Shown here in pieces: positions 1-9,083 of a stretch of DNA of 64,000 nucleotides. Source of the DNA: an uncultured Verrucomicrobiae bacterium (lineage in GTDB: Bacteria; Chlamydiota; Chlamydiia; Chlamydiales; Rhabdochlamydiaceae); assembly GCA_963718565.1 (NCBI GenBank), contig OY970364.1:1613802-1677801 (forward strand), written 5' to 3'. How positions within the stretch are numbered: the stretch's first letter is position 1; the number at the start of each line of letters is the position of its first letter. The notes beneath the pieces are model-generated. The model was not told the origin of the DNA, did not search any database, and saw only the letters and a program-made list of their open reading frames with translations. The position numbers were made by a program, and so were the translations under genes.

Positions 1-1278
1 ATGATTCAAGTTCAACAAAAACTTTTCGGAATTGGCGCTCAACTCCGCGATGATCTTAGCGGATTTACAATTGTTCGCATCGTGGAAGGCAGCCCAGCAA
101 GTCAAGGAAATAGGCTTAAAATCGGCGATAAGATCGTTGCCGTTGATCAAGAACCTGTGGTCGGAATGGACATCACAGAAGCGGTAGAATTGATCCGTGG
201 CCCCCAGGGATCCAGCATCACATTAACACTACTGCGGGAATCCAAAGAAAATGATCTGATCAAAGAAGAGAAATTTAATATCGAGATCGTCCGCGGCGAA
301 ATTGTTTTGCAAGAGAGCCGTCTGGAAACAACTTATGAACCCTATGGGGATGGAATCATCGCAATTTTGCATCTTTTTTCATTCTATCAAGATGAAAATA
401 GTTCTTCAGCCTCTGACATAGCCGCTGCTATTGAAAAATTAAAAAATGAACATCGCATTAAAGGAGTGATTCTCGACCTTAGAAATAATGCGGGAGGCCT
501 CCTGCCTCAAGCTGTTTCAGTCACTGGGCTCTTTATTTCCAATGGAGTGGTGGTCTCTGTTAAGGATAATACGGGAAAAGTTCAGCACTTACGCAATGTT
601 GAAAACCGCAAAGTTTGGGATGGACCTCTTGTTGTTTTGACCGCGCACACAAGCGCTTCAGCTGCAGAAATTGTCGCACAAACTCTTCAAGAGTACGGCC
701 GCGCTATCGTGATTGGCGACCCAAAAACATTCGGAAAAGGAACTTTCCAAACATTTACTCTTGAAAGCGCTAATTTTGGCAAGGTCAATCCAAAGGGAGA
801 ATATAAAGTAACACGTGGAAGATACTACACAGTTTCTGGAAAAAGCCCTCAACTTGTGGGTGTTAAGGCAGATATCGTGGTGCCCGGCATTTTCTCTGCA
901 ATGGAAATTGGAGAAAAATATTCAAAATTCCCTGTCGGAACTGATCAGATTCCTGCGAATTTCGACGATGATCTTTCTGACATTCCCGTCATGCATCGCG
1001 GCCAACTCAGAAAAATCTATAAGACAAATCTACAAACAGTCATGACAACCTACCAACCTTATTTGGAATCTCTTAAGAAAAACTCCACCGAGAGAATTGC
1101 TCAAAACAAGAATTATCAAAATCTTTTAAAAGAACTAGAAAAAAAAGACGAGTTTATCGACTCGACTGACTTTTTCGGACAAAACGATCTGCAATTGATC
1201 GAAACAAGCAATATCATGAAAGATCTCATTTATTTCATGGAACAAAACATCAAAGAGCAAAAAAAAGAAGCAGCCTAA
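1..1278 (+). CDS. tsp: Tail-specific/carboxy-terminal processing protease (PDZ + S41), 5' part lies outside the window
   Basis: PDZ (GIGAQL, LKIGDKIVAVD), DLRNNAGG, TSASAAEI catalytic Ser motif, TFGKGT. Confidence 0.9.
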   Translation: MIQVQQKLFGIGAQLRDDLSGFTIVRIVEGSPASQGNRLKIGDKIVAVDQEPVVGMDITEAVELIRGPQGSSITLTLLRESKENDLIKEEKFNIEIVRGEIVLQESRLETTYEPYGDGIIAILHLFSFYQDENSSSASDIAAAIEKLKNEHRIKGVILDLRNNAGGLLPQAVSVTGLFISNGVVVSVKDNTGKVQHLRNVENRKVWDGPLVVLTAHTSASAAEIVAQTLQEYGRAIVIGDPKTFGKGTFQTFTLESANFGKVNPKGEYKVTRGRYYTVSGKSPQLVGVKADIVVPGIFSAMEIGEKYSKFPVGTDQIPANFDDDLSDIPVMHRGQLRKIYKTNLQTVMTTYQPYLESLKKNSTERIAQNKNYQNLLKELEKKDEFIDSTDFFGQNDLQLIETSNIMKDLIYFMEQNIKEQKKEAA

Positions 1279-1281
1279 AAA

Positions 1282-1318
1282 CCTGAGTTTTGGGCTCCTT
1301 TCATATACTGTGCCCAGG
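1282..1318. repeat. Minimal 37-bp copy of repeat family A
   Basis: CCTGAGTTTTGGGCTCCTTTCAT matches the ends of 6310-6473 and 51760-51827; flanks CTAAAAA/TTAAAAA. Confidence 0.65.
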
Positions 1319-1324
1319 TTAAAA

Positions 1325-2002
1325 ATGAAAAAAATGTTTCTTATTCTTTTTGCGTGCGTTTTTTTCACAACAATAAAAGCAGAAAACATTAACTCAGATA
1401 AAAAAGCGATTGTGTTTGATTTTGGAGGCGTTATCGTTCATCCCAATAAAACGCTGTTCTTCGAGTTTATTAAAAGCATTTTTCAGATCGATGATGCTGT
1501 TCTGCAAAATATCCGAGAAAAGTTCAAAAATGCTAAAAACGCACACACGCCAGAAAGCGTATTCTGGAAACGCACTGCGGAGGAATTACATATTACCCTT
1601 CCTGAAGATTGGGAAATGCAATACGATGCTGCTGTACTGCGCTACTTGAATGAAAGCCAAGAGATGCGCGCTCTTGTTAAGTCCTACAAAGAACTAGGCT
1701 ATCGCGTGGCTCTTCTTTCCAATGTCACTGCTGAGCGTGCTATTTTTCTGCGCAATCAAGGATTTTATGAAGACTTCTTTCCTGTTTTGCTCTCCTGTGA
1801 AATCGGTATTGAAAAGCCCGATCCTAGAGCTTACCAGATGATGTTAACCTCGATTCAGGTCTTGCCAGAAAATTGCATCTTCATCGATGACAAACCCGTC
1901 AATATCGAAGCGGCAAAGGCTCAAGGCATCGATGCCATTCTTTTTCTGTCTCCCCAACAGGTCGAAGAAGAGTTGCGCATTCGCCTTAATCAAAACCGTT
2001 GA
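1325..2002 (+). CDS. HAD-superfamily hydrolase with N-terminal signal-like peptide
   Basis: FDFGGV motif I, LSN, EKPDP, FIDDK; hydrophobic MKKMFLILFACVFF start; ATG 1325 preferred over GTG 1310, which lies in the repeat. Confidence 0.85.
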   Translation: MKKMFLILFACVFFTTIKAENINSDKKAIVFDFGGVIVHPNKTLFFEFIKSIFQIDDAVLQNIREKFKNAKNAHTPESVFWKRTAEELHITLPEDWEMQYDAAVLRYLNESQEMRALVKSYKELGYRVALLSNVTAERAIFLRNQGFYEDFFPVLLSCEIGIEKPDPRAYQMMLTSIQVLPENCIFIDDKPVNIEAAKAQGIDAILFLSPQQVEEELRIRLNQNR

Positions 2003-2119
2003 TTATCAACTACTTAAGCATTTCTGGCGGTTTTCTTAAAGGAGTAGCCTTGCTTTCTATGCAGTAAACAGGAAAAATTAACGGATTCTTCTAAGAAAAG
2101 AGGTCAGGTGAATTGACTT

Positions 2120-3619
2120 ATGGACAACGTACGCGTCAGAATTGCTCCTTCTCCTACGGGCGACCCGCATGTCGGCACAGCATATATCGCTCTCTTTAAT
2201 CTCATTTTTGCCAGACACTTTAGCGGAACATTCATTCTCCGCATTGAAGACACAGATCGCACACGTTCGCGTCCTGAGTATGAAACCAACATTTTCGAGG
2301 CGCTTAAATGGGCGGGAATTCAATGGGACGAGGGACCAGATATCGGTGGACCTTACGGACCTTACCGCCAATCGGAACGTACGGAAATCTATCGTGAGCA
2401 CTGTCAAATGCTACTCGATAATGGGAAAGCCTACAAATGTTTTGCCACACCAGAAGAGTTAGCAGAAATGCGTGAAATGGCCGCAAAACTTGGCCAAAAA
2501 GTTGGCTACGATCGAAGATATCGCAACTTAAGCTCTGAAGAGGTGGCGGAGCGCGAAAAAGCTGGACAACCTTATGTCATTCGATTGAAAGTTCCTTTGA
2601 CAGGAGAATGCTCCTTCGAAGATGGAATTAAAGGGCGTATTACCTGTCCATGGGCAGATATCGATGATCAGGTATTGCTTAAATCCGATGGATTTCCAAC
2701 TTACCACCTTGCCAATGTCGTCGATGATTGCTTGATGAAAATCACCCATGTGATTCGTGGGGATGAATGGATAAGCTCGACGCCCAAACATCTGATGCTC
2801 TACGAAAGTTTTGGATGGAAGCCTCCTGCATTTATGCACATGCCTTTACTTTTGGGCAAAGACGGAAGGAAACTTTCTAAGCGCCGCAATCCAACCTCGA
2901 TCTTTTACTATCGGGATAGCGGATACTTACGCGAAGCATTTATCAACTTTCTCACTTTGATGGGCTATAGTATGCCAGAAGATAGAGAGATCTATCCTCT
3001 GGATGCAATTGTCCGAGAATTTGATCCTAAGCGCATCGGTGTCTCCGGCGCCTATTTCGATGTCCTCAAACTCGATTGGATCAATCAACAGTATCTGATT
3101 AATACGATTTCTGAAGATCAGCTCTGGCATAGGATGAAAGAATGGATTTACAATGATGCTTTCATGAAAAAACTCATGCCTCTATGTCACACGCGGATAA
3201 AAACATTCGGCGAATTCATGGAGTTGTGTAGTTTTTTCTTTGTCAACCACCTCATCTATACAGAAGAACTCCTTTGCCCTGCTCAACAACCAAAAGAAAA
3301 GATTGCTATGATGTTACAAGCGATCCTTTGGAGCATGGATGAACAAGAAAATTGGAAACGTTCTGGAATTGAAAAAGCTGCGCATGAAGCGGCAGAGGTC
3401 TTTGGCGTCCCACTGAAAAAAGTCATCATCCCACTCCTCTACGGATCTTTGACTGGGAAAAAACATGGACCTCCTTTGTATGATTCGGTTGAAATTTTGG
3501 GAAAAGACCGTGCACGAGCAAGGCTGTTAAATGGAATTGAATTTTTGGGAGGAATTTCTAACAAAAAAATGGACGCGCTAACAAAAGGATGGCAAAAGAA
3601 AGATTGTAAAGAGATTTAG
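2120..3619 (+). CDS. gltX: Glutamate--tRNA ligase
   Basis: [13 protein letters not shown] (HIGH-type), RIEDTD, PTYH, KLSKR. Confidence 0.97.
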   Translation: MDNVRVRIAPSPTGDPHVGTAYIALFNLIFARHFSGTFILRIEDTDRTRSRPEYETNIFEALKWAGIQWDEGPDIGGPYGPYRQSERTEIYREHCQMLLDNGKAYKCFATPEELAEMREMAAKLGQKVGYDRRYRNLSSEEVAEREKAGQPYVIRLKVPLTGECSFEDGIKGRITCPWADIDDQVLLKSDGFPTYHLANVVDDCLMKITHVIRGDEWISSTPKHLMLYESFGWKPPAFMHMPLLLGKDGRKLSKRRNPTSIFYYRDSGYLREAFINFLTLMGYSMPEDREIYPLDAIVREFDPKRIGVSGAYFDVLKLDWINQQYLINTISEDQLWHRMKEWIYNDAFMKKLMPLCHTRIKTFGEFMELCSFFFVNHLIYTEELLCPAQQPKEKIAMMLQAILWSMDEQENWKRSGIEKAAHEAAEVFGVPLKKVIIPLLYGSLTGKKHGPPLYDSVEILGKDRARARLLNGIEFLGGISNKKMDALTKGWQKKDCKEI

Positions 3620-3622
3620 CAA

Positions 3623-3642
3623 AAAGGAACCCAAAACTCAGG
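3623..3642. repeat. Isolated end of repeat family A
   Basis: AAAGGAACCCAAAACTCAGG identical to the right end of 6310-6473. Confidence 0.6.
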
Positions 3643-3645
3643 TTC

Positions 3646-3783
3646 TTAGCGTTTTTCGACAGGCTCGCTGCTGATCACTTCTTCTGTTGTGTCTGAAATA
3701 ATATAAGGTCGTCTATATCCTCCCCCGCCAGCACAGGCAGATAAGAAAAGCAGCACGAGAAGAAAGAAAGGGAGAAATTTCAT
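3646..3783 (-). CDS. Small putative lipoprotein (45 aa), not in the ORF track
   Basis: MKFLPFFLLVLLFLSACAGGGGYRRPYIISDTTEEVISSEPVEKR*; lipobox LSA-C; upstream AGGA. Confidence 0.65.
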   Translation of the reverse strand: MKFLPFFLLVLLFLSACAGGGGYRRPYIISDTTEEVISSEPVEKR

Positions 3784-3879
3784 AACTATCCTTAGAGTCA
3801 GCCCACAAACCTGTTACTAGACTTGTGGACTCACCCTTACGACCTGGCCTCTTTTTACAATTTTTTTTTACAACTGTCT

Positions 3880-5052
3880 ATGAAAAAGTCGGAATCTAAA
3901 GAAGACATCTCTGCAATTGATCGCCTTCATCCAGTGAAATCGGTCATTAAAGAACGTTATCCCCTCACTAAACCTGGATCGACAAAGAACACCTATCATG
4001 TTTCTCTGGATTTCCATGATGCGCCCATTCGATTTAAAGTAGGCGACTCCATTGGGATCTATCCTCAAAATGACCCGCACCTTGTTCAACATTTGATTGG
4101 AGCGATGAAAGCACGTGGCAGCGAACGTATTCATGACCCGCGTAGCGGAACAGACATGACGTTATGGGATTTCCTAAGTTTCAAAGCCAATCTTTCTCGG
4201 CTCAACAGTTCTTTTCTTAAACTCTTCTATGAGCGCGAGACGCTGCACGACAAAAAAAACCATCTCCATCGCCTTTTGCAGCAAGAGAATAAATCCCTCC
4301 TTTTACAATACTTAAACACGCACGACCCTCTCGATCTTTTTAAAGAGTACAGTAATATCCAAGCTCCGCTTCAAGAAGTCTGTACACAATTTGGGCCCTT
4401 GCTTCCCCGTTTTTATTCTGTCGCCTCATCACAGCTTGTTTTTAAAAATGAAGTGCATCTCACAGTAGCCCTTTTCAGTTTTTCTCATCAGGGAGAACAG
4501 CGCTATGGCGTTGGAAGTCATTTTCTCTGCCATCTTGCTGCCATCAAAGACACTGAAGTTCCCATCTACGTCCAACCTGCCCACTATTTCACTTTGCCCC
4601 CCGATGACGATGCGCCGATCATCATGATAGGCCCGGGAACAGGCGTTGCCCCTTATCGCGCATTCATGCAGGAAAGATCAGCCAAAAGAGCGCAAGGAAA
4701 AAACTGGCTCTTTTTTGGCGAGCGCAATTGTAAGACGGACTATTTTTATGAAGAAGACTGGACGCGATGGATAGCAGAAGGGAAATTAAGAGTAGACCTC
4801 GCTTTTTCTCGAGATCAACCCGATAAAATTTATGTTCAACACAGAATGCATGAAAATGCTAAAGAAATTTGGGCATGGCTGGAAGAAGGAGCATATTTTT
4901 ATGTCTGCGGAGATGCCCATCGCATGGCAAAAGATGTCGAGACGATGTTGCAGCAAATCGCCCAAGAGCAGGGGGGCATGAGCGAAGAAGCCGCAAAAGC
5001 CTATGTCAAAAATCTTCGATTACAGAAACGTTACCTTGCTGATGTTTATTAA
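3880..5052 (+). CDS. cysJ: Sulfite reductase flavoprotein (CysJ-like FAD/NADPH module, no flavodoxin domain)
   Basis: PRFYSVASS, MIGPGTGVAPYR, WLFFGER, LAFSRDQ, YVCGDA, terminal RYLADVY. Confidence 0.85.
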   Translation: MKKSESKEDISAIDRLHPVKSVIKERYPLTKPGSTKNTYHVSLDFHDAPIRFKVGDSIGIYPQNDPHLVQHLIGAMKARGSERIHDPRSGTDMTLWDFLSFKANLSRLNSSFLKLFYERETLHDKKNHLHRLLQQENKSLLLQYLNTHDPLDLFKEYSNIQAPLQEVCTQFGPLLPRFYSVASSQLVFKNEVHLTVALFSFSHQGEQRYGVGSHFLCHLAAIKDTEVPIYVQPAHYFTLPPDDDAPIIMIGPGTGVAPYRAFMQERSAKRAQGKNWLFFGERNCKTDYFYEEDWTRWIAEGKLRVDLAFSRDQPDKIYVQHRMHENAKEIWAWLEEGAYFYVCGDAHRMAKDVETMLQQIAQEQGGMSEEAAKAYVKNLRLQKRYLADVY

Positions 5053-5061
5053 TCCAAGTTG

Positions 5062-5167
5062 CTAATCGATCACCCTTGAAATTCGCTTGGAGGCGAATTT
5101 CAAGGGTGATCGATTGGGCAAGGCCGCAGCCAGTCTAAATTCACAAAACCTGACGGAGCGCGGTATA
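5062..5167. repeat. Long hairpin followed by the right end of repeat family H
   Basis: AATCGATCACCCTTGAAATTCGC..GCGAATTTCAAGGGTGATCGATT stem; the last ~60 nt are nearly identical to 19403-19462. Confidence 0.75.
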
Positions 5168-5176
5168 GGTTATCTC

Positions 5177-5739
5177 GTACGTCCTTAAAAACTCATGGCA
5201 AAAGTTGAAGACCATTTTGATCCATGCCAAACTTACCACTTATCGATCTTGATTGGGCACGGATCGAAATGGTCTTCAACTTTTGCCAGAGTCTTCAAGG
5301 AAGTTAATGTACGTGCTACCAGTCAAGGTGTGGCCGGAGAGGCTGTTTGAGTTCATGCCAGAGCAGTCTAAATATAGGGCGCTCTGTTATCAAGCGAAAG
5401 TTTTATTAAGGGTGTAAATAAAAGTGTTGAGGCTAGGCATTGAAATAATGCCTCCATTTCATATGTCGGAAACGCGGACACGCCAGTGCCGTGTTTCCGA
5501 CATATGAAATGGAGGCATTACTTCAATGCCTAGCCTCAACACTTTTATTTACACCCTTTTATTAATGGGTCTGGGCGTTTTGTTCTGACTTTACAAGCCG
5601 CTCAATTCATACTTCCTCGGAGACCTGTGGCAAACACTGAATGTCATTTGGATCCATGCCTGATTGAGATCGATAAATGCAAAGCCTGGCATGGATCCAA
5701 ATGACATTCAGTGCTTGCCATAGGTTTTTGAGGACGTAC
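5177..5739. mobile_element. Family C element, long form (563 bp), non-autonomous
   Basis: TIR GTACGTCCT(T/C)AAAAAC; 8-bp direct repeat GTTATCTC at 5169-5176 and 5740-5747; subterminal hairpins at both ends. Confidence 0.85.
5410..5556. mobile_element. Family B MITE (147-bp near-perfect palindrome) nested in the family C element
   Basis: Ends GGGTGTAAATAAAAGTGTTGAGGCTAGGCATTGAA; 9-bp TSD TTTTATTAA at 5401-5409 and 5557-5565. Confidence 0.9.
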
Positions 5740-5745
5740 GTTATC

Positions 5746-6243
5746 TCACTCTATTGTTGTCAAAATGCAGAAACATTGAAGACCATCGCCACAGCCAAAG
5801 TCGGTTAATCCATCTCCTGTTGTTGCAGTTAGTCCCACTTGATCCTTACGAATTTTCATCACTGCAGCAATTCTACTCCGTATCTCATCTATTCGCTTTT
5901 GGAAAAGAGGGCGTTTTCCTTCAATTGTCAAAGCGACGTGTTCAATTCTCTGGCGCCCGAGGGTCTCCATCGCCTTTTCTAAGTAGACTTGACTGTCGGT
6001 AATTCCATCTTTATGACAAAGATCCATAACGATTCCCGTAAGGATTGGCACACCTGAAACAGAGGTAATCGCATTGCAAATAGCATGAAAAACAACGTCT
6101 CCATCTGAATCGTCTGCGAGTCCTGGGACATCTTCGAAAATTAGGCCTGCAATAATACAAGGCTTTGTGGAATCGAGAGGAAGAAAACGATGGCTATCTT
6201 GTCCGATACCCACACGAACCCGAGGGAAAGATGCATGCTGCAT
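5746..6243 (-). CDS. ispF: 2-C-methyl-D-erythritol 2,4-cyclodiphosphate synthase
   Basis: RVGIGQDSH, SDGDVVFHA, ATTGDGL. Confidence 0.92.
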   Translation of the reverse strand: MQHASFPRVRVGIGQDSHRFLPLDSTKPCIIAGLIFEDVPGLADDSDGDVVFHAICNAITSVSGVPILTGIVMDLCHKDGITDSQVYLEKAMETLGRQRIEHVALTIEGKRPLFQKRIDEIRSRIAAVMKIRKDQVGLTATTGDGLTDFGCGDGLQCFCILTTIE

Positions 6244-6309
6244 GAAAACCGACCTCTTAAAAAAGAGAAAACGCTATACTGGCGCAGTATAGCAGAAAGG
6301 CTTTAAAAA

Positions 6310-6473
6310 CCTGAGTTTTGGATTCATTTTATAGTAGATTGTCATAGGTTTCGAGGCAATTTTTGCAAATTTTGGCGCATTCAATAGCTGGAGGCACCTA
6401 TGGACGCGCCAAAATTTGCAAAAAGTGCCCAAAAGATACGGCAAAGTACTATGAAAGGAACCCAAAACTCAGG
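6310..6473. mobile_element. Family A MITE (164 bp)
   Basis: TIR CCTGAGTTTTGG..CCAAAACTCAGG; 7-bp direct repeat TTAAAAA at 6303-6309 and 6474-6480; internal stem TTTGCAAATTTTGGCGC/GCGCCAAAATTTGCAAA. Confidence 0.8.
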
Positions 6474-7580
6474 TTAAAAAGTCGTCTTCAACCGAGATTC
6501 CTTTTCGTGACGCTCGAGAGCAAGCTCGATGAGCTTATCTAAAAGATTTGTGTAAGGAAGTCCGCTAGCCATCCAAAGTTTGGGATACATGCTGATCTTT
6601 GTAAAACCTGGAATCGTCTTGATCTCATTGATGATGATCTCCCCATTTTCTTTTAAAAAGAAATCGACGCGAGCCATCCCCTCGCAACACAAAGCACGGT
6701 ATGCGTCAATCGCTAACTGTTGAAGCTTTTCAATCACTTCGCACGGCAGTTCAACTGGAGTTTTGTAATTTGCACCTTCTTGATCAAGGTATTTCGCTTC
6801 ATAAGAATAAAACTCGTGATTTGGAATAATCTCTCCAGGTAAAGAAACAATAGGATCTTCATTTCCCAAAACAGAACAGACAATCTCTCTCCCAGAAATA
6901 AATTCCTCAACTAAGACTTTTCGATCGTATTGAAAGGCCTCTGCGATTGCTGCTTCGAAATTTTCTTGATTCTTAACCTTTGAGATCCCCACTGATGATC
7001 CCAGATTAGCCGGTTTTACAAAAAAGGGAAGCCCGAGCTCTTTAACAACATCCTCAAAACGGAATCGATTTTTCTGATGATCATGCAAAGTGATAAAATT
7101 GGCGATAGGAATTTTGGCATCGCGTAAAAGACGTTTCATCACATCTTTGTCCATACCGACGGCAGAGCCGAGGACCCCTGCCCCAACAAAGGGAATATTG
7201 GCAAGTTTTAACAGTCCTTGCACCGTTCCATCCTCTCCATAAGTGCCATGTAAAACTGGGAAAATCACATCCAATTGAAGAGATCCTTGCAGCTGATTGC
7301 CAGAATAGCTCACGATTTCTTTCCGATCTTGTTTTGGAACCAGAGCCAAGCTTTCCTTGGCCTCATTTAACCGAACAAGTTTTGGATTGTCAGCATTCAT
7401 TAGATAAGCATACCCATCGCGCAAACGCCATTCTCCAGTTTTATCAATTCCAATTAAGAAAATATCGTATTTTTGGGGATCAAGGGCTTCGACCACATTT
7501 TTTGCAGAGATCAAAGAAACTTCATGTTCAGCAGATTTTCCACCAAAAAGAATGCCGAGTCGGATTTTTTTATTTTTCAT
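6474..7580 (-). CDS. ddl: D-alanine--D-alanine ligase (DdlA-type)
   Basis: LFGGKSAEHEVS, HGTYGEDG, KPANLGSSVG, YSYEAKY, NEIKTIPGFT. Confidence 0.95.
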   Translation of the reverse strand: MKNKKIRLGILFGGKSAEHEVSLISAKNVVEALDPQKYDIFLIGIDKTGEWRLRDGYAYLMNADNPKLVRLNEAKESLALVPKQDRKEIVSYSGNQLQGSLQLDVIFPVLHGTYGEDGTVQGLLKLANIPFVGAGVLGSAVGMDKDVMKRLLRDAKIPIANFITLHDHQKNRFRFEDVVKELGLPFFVKPANLGSSVGISKVKNQENFEAAIAEAFQYDRKVLVEEFISGREIVCSVLGNEDPIVSLPGEIIPNHEFYSYEAKYLDQEGANYKTPVELPCEVIEKLQQLAIDAYRALCCEGMARVDFFLKENGEIIINEIKTIPGFTKISMYPKLWMASGLPYTNLLDKLIELALERHEKESRLKTTF

Positions 7581-7592
7581 TTTAGACCTTTA

Positions 7593-7675
7593 GAGGGAAT
7601 TGCGAAACTCTTCGCCACATAAAATCGTGCTTTTGGCACCTGTCGCCTTGGCGTCGGCTCTCCTACTTATCCAAG
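7593..7675. repeat. Half copy of family E
   Basis: Nearly identical to 59969-60051 (GAGGGAATTGC..CTCCTACTTATCCAAG). Confidence 0.8.
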
Positions 7676-7737
7676 ATTGACTCTTTAGTTATAAACTGTC
7701 AAACTCGCTTTGTCCATTCCAAAAAATGGTTGTTTGA

Positions 7738-8814
7738 TTGCCCAAACTACATATCGCCAACACCTTCTTTGAATGGGAATTAGAAACTCAGCCAAAAATA
7801 AGTGTGCGTGAGGCGTTTTTGCAACATGCGATTTTTCTGCAATTGCAATTCCTCCCTATTTTGTATGCGGATCCGAAGGATGCGCTTCTTTTTTCTGACC
7901 TCCCAGATCGGGAATATTGGACCTTTTTAAATGCGCACCACATCTCCACGCCCTCCTATTTTACTCTCGAAGAAAAAAGCTTTGATTCAATCAATGAAGT
8001 CGAAAGTTGGGGACCTTCTCAATTAATTGCAGAATGGGCGGAATCACGCGGCATCCTCTATTCAATCCCTGACTGGAAGGTCGTCCGGGAGGTTAATTCA
8101 AAACGTTTCTCCTTTGAAAATAGTCAACAGCTACCGAGAGCGGCTTTGCTGACGGAAGAGTTGGAAACGGAATATTGGCTCCGCTCTTTTCCAGGAATGA
8201 AAGTCTTGAAGACATGTTTCGGTGTTTCAGGAAAAGGCCACTTGCTCGTCGAAGCATCCACACCATGGGAGCGCATCCGTCCATTTCTTTATGATGAATG
8301 GAAAAAAAATCTTCCTGTCATTGCGGAACCTTGGGTAAATCGCGTCCTGGATTTCAGCACGCAATGGTTTATCGAAAAGAATCGCCAGGCCACTTATCTC
8401 GGATCCACGATTTGCCATAATGACCGTCTAGGGCAATATCAGTATAATGAAGTCGGTAAAGAAGAAGAATTATTCGGACAATATTTTTCCTATCTTTCTA
8501 AACATCGAGAGAAAATAGCATCTTTGCTGATGGCAATAGCGGCCAAAGGCTTTTTTGGCAACTTAGGAGTAGATACCATGTTGTATACGCTCCCTGAAGA
8601 CCCTGAAACGGTTCTTTTGCAACCCGTTGTCGAAATTAACGCGCGAAAAACAATGGGCTGGGCTGCGCTTGCTTTTCAACAGCAGTATTTCCCACAAAAC
8701 AACATTCGATTCAGTTACCTCAGCAGGCATGAAGGGTACCTCCCAAATTCTCTTGTCTTAAAGAACGGGAAAAGGGTAAGCTTCGCACGCAATTTAGGCA
8801 TCGCAAGCCAATAA
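7738..8814 (+). CDS. Hypothetical ATP-grasp-fold protein
   Basis: VLKTCFGVSGKG, VIAEPWV, GNLGVD, VVEINAR (E-x-N). Confidence 0.65.
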   Translation: MPKLHIANTFFEWELETQPKISVREAFLQHAIFLQLQFLPILYADPKDALLFSDLPDREYWTFLNAHHISTPSYFTLEEKSFDSINEVESWGPSQLIAEWAESRGILYSIPDWKVVREVNSKRFSFENSQQLPRAALLTEELETEYWLRSFPGMKVLKTCFGVSGKGHLLVEASTPWERIRPFLYDEWKKNLPVIAEPWVNRVLDFSTQWFIEKNRQATYLGSTICHNDRLGQYQYNEVGKEEELFGQYFSYLSKHREKIASLLMAIAAKGFFGNLGVDTMLYTLPEDPETVLLQPVVEINARKTMGWAALAFQQQYFPQNNIRFSYLSRHEGYLPNSLVLKNGKRVSFARNLGIASQ

Positions 8815-8967
8815 GCGTCGCGTCTCCGCTGCGCTAGCATCTTCACCTTTGCACCCAGCTGCATCGGCCATGTGCCTGCACATGGCCTGCTTCGCCGCCG
8901 GCGAAGCCTGATGCAAATCTGAAGCGCCAGCTTTGCGGAAACACGACGCTTATTGGCCTGCGATGCC
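8797..8967. mobile_element. Family J MITE (171 bp) overlapping the 3' end of the ATP-grasp gene
   Basis: TIR GGCATCGCA(A/G)GCCAATAAGCGTCG; TTA duplicated at 8794-8796 and 8968-8970. Confidence 0.8.
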
Positions 8968-9083
8968 TTAATGATTCAAGTTTACAATTAAATCTTATTC
9001 GCGATAAGAGTGAGATTGTTCTTCAAACACTTTTTCTAGACGCTTCAGAAGCTTAATGCGACAACAGCCTCTCAGGGACAATT

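Noticed and set aside
3784-3879. Possible structured leader upstream of cysJ
   Set aside because: Only a weak hairpin; no riboswitch consensus recognised
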